From the NCBI RefSeq assembly GCF_009914755.1, contig NC_060937.1: DNA of 64,000 bases; one strand, written 5' to 3'. The notes under the pieces were generated by a model, which was given only the letters and a program-made list of their open reading frames with translations, ran no database searches and was not told the DNA's origin. Position numbers and translations under genes: made by a program. This DNA comes from the human T2T-CHM13v2.0 reference genome, Homo sapiens. Positions 57,191 through 64,000 of this stretch are shown here, in pieces; position 1 is the first letter of the stretch, and every line of letters starts with the position of its first letter.

Positions 57191-59219
57191 TGTCATCATG
57201 TCAGTTGCAGTGGGTGGGGGGTGGTGCATGGGTGGTGGTGGTGGAAGCAGCTGCAGGAGTGGCAGTAACAGCGGTGGGACCTCTGTGTCCCACATCCCCA
57301 AGGCAGCCAACTGTGCTGCCCCAACCCTTGTGTGGCCAGGCAGGACCTGCTCCCAGGCCCAGGGCCTCCACCACTGCAGACTCTGGCCCCGTGTCACCGC
57401 TCTTGCCTGCTGATGCAGGGAGGGCACAGGAAAGAGGTGAACAGTACCCGGAGCCCACCCCTGGGAGCCCCCTGGAACCTGTCACCCTAAGAGCCGCTGT
57501 GATGGAGCCAGGCCGAGCTGCCTGCTGACGGGAGAGCAGTGCAGTTGGGCACACAGGAGCAGGCAGAGAGGGGCCCAGTGGGGACCTGGAACCCCCACCC
57601 CGGCTGTGAGGAGGCATGGCCAGGGCTGCACACTCCACGGAGCCTGTGGGAGCCAGGAATGAGTGGGAGCCCCACCCCTTCTGAGTTGGCATGTCAGGAG
57701 CTCCCTGGGTACAGCTGCAGCCACCTGGCCATGGCTGCGGACCCAGGCATGTGTGTGGTTCTGCACTCTCAGGAGCCCAGGAAGGCCCCCTGTCTCCCCG
57801 CAGGCTCAGAAGTGCCTGCTCCCACTGCCTGGCTTCTCCCCACTGTTGGCACCAGCTCCGATCTTGGAGAAAAGTTGGGGCCAAGCCCAGGCACTGTCAC
57901 AGCCCGGCTGGGTGTGCCCACACTTAGGGCAGAAGTGACATGCCAGCCCCTTGCCACCTCAGCCCCCTCCAGATTTGGGCACTGACAAGCACAGGAGGGA
58001 GGCTGAGGGGGATGCAGAGGACAGCACAGTGCTGGCTGCGTGCCTCTTGGCATGAACAGCCTGCGTGCCATGAACAGCAACAGGAGGCAGACGGACTCCT
58101 GGGCAGAAGGGGTCAGGTTCCTGGTGAAGCCCCACCTTCAAGCTGGGGAGGGCCTGAAGCCTGGGGTTCCAGCTGCCTGTCCTGCAAGCCAGAGAGGGAA
58201 CTTGTGGTGCTTTTCCCTGGGTCTGCCCATGGCCACCCATGGACCAATCAGCATGCACTTCCTCCACACTGAGGCCCATAAAAACCCTGGACTCAGCCAG
58301 ACTCTAGCAGAGGATGGAGATATGATGGGGAGACGATGGGCTGACTAGCTGCAGGGAGGAGCTACCCTCTCTGCTGAGAGCTGAAGAAAGGACAGGATGA
58401 CCAGCTACAGAGGGGAGCTGCACACCCCAAGGTCTCCTCTCTGCTGAGAGCTGAGACGTCAGGACAACCAGCTTCAGGGAGGAGCTACCCTCTCTACTGA
58501 GAGCTGAACACTTGTCAGGATACCGTGGCTATGGAGAGGAGCTGCCCACTGTGGGTCTCCTCTGAGCTGTTCTATTGTTCAGTAAAGCTCCTCTTTGTCT
58601 TGCTCACCCTCCACTTGTCTGCGTACCTCATTCTTCCTGGATGCAGGACAAGAACTTGGGACCCATCAAGTGGTGGGGCTAAAAGAGCTGCAACACAAGC
58701 AGGGCTGAAACATGCCCCTTGTTCACCATGCTGTGGGTGAAGAGGAGAAAAGAGAGAAGGAGAAAAGAGCTGAGGCTCTTGGGGGGTCCCAGACCTGGGA
58801 GCTCCCTGAGCCAGGGCTGTGACTCCCACTTTGGGGCCCTGCAGTTCCTGGAGCCTCCAAGCTTCTGGGCACCACTGCATTCCCCAGTGCCAACTATGGA
58901 AGCTTCTTGCAGTATGCCTGGTCCAGGCACAGCCTCGCAGTGAGCCAGCACCCATGCTGGCACCTGGAGCTGCCCATCTCACTGCAGCAGCTGGCATGAC
59001 TGGCTGTGCAGTGACTGGACCCCACACTCACTCACTCACACACCCCTCGCCACTCCACTCCAGTCTCTTCAGAGGGATGGGATCCAGGCCAGTAGCATGA
59101 GCTGAGCACAGCCTGCCAGTCCAAGTGGGCCCAGTGGGCCCGAGCAAAATTCGGCAAAGGTGCCACCAGCCACAGAGGTTTCCAGCCAGAAAGGCAACAC
59201 CCTCAAGATTCCCATAACA
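57191..59219 (+). mobile_element. ~2 kb GC-rich ERV1 solo LTR (MER52-like) inserted in the old L1
   Basis: TG...CA ends; ccaatcagc, cccataaaa and agtaaa signals; internal gctaccctctctgctgagagctg repeats; terminus ccacagaggtttccagccagaaa...cccataaca. Confidence 0.75.
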
Positions 59220-60135
59220 ACACCAATGATAAGGAACAGGAGAGAGGTATTCAGATTATTTTGTAATATAAGTTACTCACACTACCTGTTAAGCAATATA
59301 GTGTTATTTGAAAGTGGACTTGAGTTATTTGTAAGTACATATTGCAAATCCTAGGGCAGCCATTAAAAATGTAATGAAAGAAGTATGACTGATAAACTAA
59401 GAAGGGAGAGAAAATGGAATCATATAAAATGCTCAATTAAAACCACAAAAGGCAGAAAAGACAAAAATAACAAATATCAAGAGTAACAAACAAAATAGTA
59501 ACAAATATGATAGCTATTTATCCAACTATATTAATCACTTTGTAAGAGTAGATTAAAAAAAAAAGGCCCAACTATATGTTGTCCACAAGAAACCATTTTA
59601 AGTATAAAGACATATAGCTTAAAAGTAAATGATTGAAAAAAATATACCATGTCAACACAAGTCAAAAGAAAGCTGGAGTAACTATATTAATTTTAGAGCA
59701 GACTTCAAAACAAGGAAAGTTAAAGGGAACGATAAAATGGGGTCGATTCTCCAAAAAGGCATAATAATCCTTAATGTGCAAGCACCTAACAATAGAATAT
59801 CAAACTACTTGAGATACTACAAGAAAAAATAGATGAATCCCCTTATCACAATTGGAGACTTCAACACCCCCTGTCAGAAATGTGCAGATCCAACAAGCAG
59901 AAAATCAGTAAGGACATAGTTGAACTCAACGTCATCATCAATCAACTAGATATAATTGATATCTATCATCCAATTCATCCAGCAACAGGATAATACTCAT
60001 TCTTCTCAAGCTCACATGGAATATTCACCAAGATAGATCATGGATCATCTTCTGGGCCACAAAACACATATTAGCAAATTTAGAAGAACAGAAATAATAC
60101 AATATCTACTCTTAGACCACAATGGAATTAAACTA

Positions 60136-60492
<357 letters not shown>

Positions 60493-60698
60493 TCACATAG
60501 GTCAAAGAAGAAATTTCAAGAGACATTTAAAAATATTCTGAACTAAATGAAAATGGAAACACAACTTACCATAATTTGTGGGATGCAGTGAAAGCTGTGC
60601 TTCAAGGGAAATTTAGGGCATTGAATGCATATATTAGAAAAGAAGAAAGATCTAAAATCAATAATCTAAGTTTTTGCTTTAAGAAACTCAAAAAAAGA

Positions 60699-61144
<446 letters not shown>

Positions 61145-62057
61145 TCAGTAAAATCAATAAGCCTGTAGCCAGGCTAACTAAGAAAAAAGAAGGAGGAGGC
61201 AAATTACTAATATTTTGCTATTATTAGTAATATTATTACTTATATTACTAGTATATATGTAATAATATAACTATAATAACTATGTTATAATATAACTATA
61301 TTAGTAATAATATTACTAATATTAAAAAGCTATGATCATCAAGAAAGGAAAAAAGGAGCATCACTACAATCCCTAGGATATTAAAAGGATAATAAAGGGA
61401 TACTATGAACAAATTTATGCCCACAAATTTGATAACCTAAATGAAAAGGGCCAATTTCTTCAAAGGTTCAATCTGCCAAAATTCACACAAAATGAAATAG
61501 GCAATCTGAATAGACCCATATCTATTCAAGAAATTGAATCAATAATTAAACTTCCAAAACAGAACACTGGGCCCAGATGGGTTCATTGGCAAATTCTATT
61601 AAACATTTAAGGAAGAAATTTTACCTATTCTCTACAATCGCTTTCAGAGGACTGAAGCAGTGGGAATACCTCCTGTATGTATTCTGTGAAGCAGCACTAC
61701 CTTATAACCAAAACCAAAGACATTACAAGAAAACAGTAAATCAATATCTCTCATGAACATTGATGCAAAAATCCACAGCAAAACTTAGCAAATTCGATTA
61801 AAAGTGTATAAAAAGTATTATATGCCATGACCAAGTGGGATTCATTCCAGGTATGCAAGGCTGGCTCATCATTCAAAAATCAATGTAATTAATCACATCA
61901 ATGGGCTAAAAAAAGAAAAATCACATGATAGTAGATGCAGAGAAAGCATTTAACAAAATCCAACATTCATTCATGATTTTTAAAATCCCAATAAACCAAG
62001 AATAAAGGAAACTAGAAGTTGAGGAAAACTTTCTCAACTTGATAAAGAATATCTCCA

Positions 62058-62348
62058 GGCTGGGCATGGTGGCTCGCCCTGTAATCAGAACACTTTGGGT
62101 GGCTGAAGAGGGAGGATCACTTGAGCCCAGGAGTTTGAGAACAGCTTGAGCAACAGAGCAAGACCCCATCTTTACAAAAGAATTTTTAAAATTAGCTAGG
62201 CGGTGGCTCATGTTTGCCATCCTAGCTACTTGGGAAGTGGAGATGGGAGGATCACTTGAGCTCAGGAGTTTGAGATTACAGTGAGCTATGATTGCATCAC
62301 TGCACTCCAACCTGGAAGACAGAGGGAGGCCCCGTCTTAAAAAAAAAA
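62058..62348 (+). mobile_element. Alu (AluJ-like)
   Basis: Dimer with poly-A; TSD aagaatatct-like. Confidence 0.85.
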
Positions 62349-64000
62349 GGAATATCTGAAAAACAACCTCTACCTAACATCATACTTAATACTGAGAAAC
62401 TTGAAGCTTTCTCACTAAGATCAGGAACAAGGCACTCACCACTCCTCTCACCACTCCTCTTAAACATTGTAACATTGTACTGAAAATGTTAGATACTGCA
62501 ATAAGGCAAGAAAAGGAAATAAAAGATATAGTGATTAGGAAGGAGGAAATAAAGCTGTCTTTGATGGCAGATGACATGATCATCTATGTAGAAAATACCA
62601 AATAATAAAAAGACATGTGGAAGGAATAAACAATTATAGCAAGGATGAAGGATATAAGGTTAATCTACAAAAGTCAATCACTTTCCTATACACCAGCAAG
62701 TGACGACTGAGATTAAAAACATGATAACAATTATATTAGCACCCAAAAAGTGAAATACTTAGGTATAAATTGAACAAAATATGTGCAAGATCTGTATAAA
62801 GAAAACTACAAAACTCTGATAAATGTAAATAAATGGAGAGATATTTTATGTTAATGGATAGGAAGATACAATATTGTCAAAATGTTAGTTCTTTCCAATT
62901 TGATCTATAGATTCAATGCAATCCCAATAAAAATCCCAGCAAGTTGTTTTGTTGATATCAGCAAACTCATTCTGATGTTTATACGGAGAGGCAAAAGGCC
63001 CAGAAAAGCCAATTTAATATTGAAGGAAAAGAACAAAGTTGAAGGACTGAAACTCATGGACTTTGAGACTTATTAAAAGCTATGATCATCAACACAGTGT
63101 GGTATTAATGAAAGAATAGGCAAATCATCAACTGATCTTTGACACAGCAACAAAGGCAATACAGTAGAGCAAAGACAGCCTTTTCACAAATGGTGCTGGG
63201 ACAACAGAACATCCACATGGAAGAAGAGGAATCCAGACACAGACCTTACAGCCTTCACAAAATTTAACTCAAAATGGATCATAGACATAAATTTAAAATG
63301 CAAAAAAAGTATAAAACTCCTAGAAAATAATATAAGAGAACACCTAGAGGACCATGAGTATGGGAATGACTTTTTTTTTTAAATCAGCAAGCAGAGCTGG
63401 CAAGAAATAGGTTTTTAGACACAATGCCAATGGCATGATCTATGAAAGAAATTATTGACAAGCTGAACTTCATTAAAATTAAAAGCTTCTACTCTGTGAA
63501 AGACAATGTCTGGAGAATCAGGAGACATCTATAGACTGGGAGAAAATATTCGCAAAAGATACGTCTGATAAAAGACTGTTTCCAAAATACATAAAGAACT
63601 CTTAAAACTCAACAATAAGAAACTAAACAATCCAATTTAAAAATTAGGCCAAAGACCTTAGCAGACACCTCACCAAAGAAAATATATAGGTGGCAAATAA
63701 ACATATGAAAAATGCTCCACATCTTATGCATGAGGGAAATGCAAATTAAAACAATAATGGCCAAAATCCAGAACACTGACAACACCAAATACTGTCAAGG
63801 ATGTGGAGTAACAGGAACTCATTCATTTCTGATGGGAATTCAAAATCATACAGCTGCTTTGGAAGACAAAATGGCAGTTGCTTACAAAACTAAACATACT
63901 ATTACCATACAATCCAGCAATTTTGCTCCTTGGAGTTGAAAACTTTTGCCCACACAAAAACCTGCACATGGATGTTTATAGTAGCTTTATTCATAATTGC

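Overview
This is primate, very probably human, genomic DNA from the GC-rich distal 13q34 region. It spans the divergent 5' ends of two genes. RASA3 is on the minus strand: coding exon 1 at 4480-4534 sits in a CpG island, and 1-4479 is intron 1. CFAP97D2 is on the plus strand: coding exon 1 is at 51533-51622, and the rest of the window is intron 1. The ~47 kb between them holds five minisatellites/VNTRs, long low-complexity tracts and a near-identical inverted duplication carrying a 29-bp VNTR on both arms (18838-21575). It also holds an orphan ETS-motif CpG patch (~33.5 kb), a two-LTR ERV1 (MER57-like) provirus with TSD, tRNA-Leu PBS and PPT, and many Alu/L1/DNA-transposon relics. CFAP97D2 intron 1 contains an HML-2 LTR5 solo LTR, a MER52-like LTR and an old L1. 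Nearly all long ORFs in the track are translations of repeats. I found no convincing new protein-coding system; the most unusual structure is the inverted VNTR-bearing duplication. Gene and repeat names come from recalled sequences, not a database search, and repeat boundaries are approximate unless a TSD is quoted.
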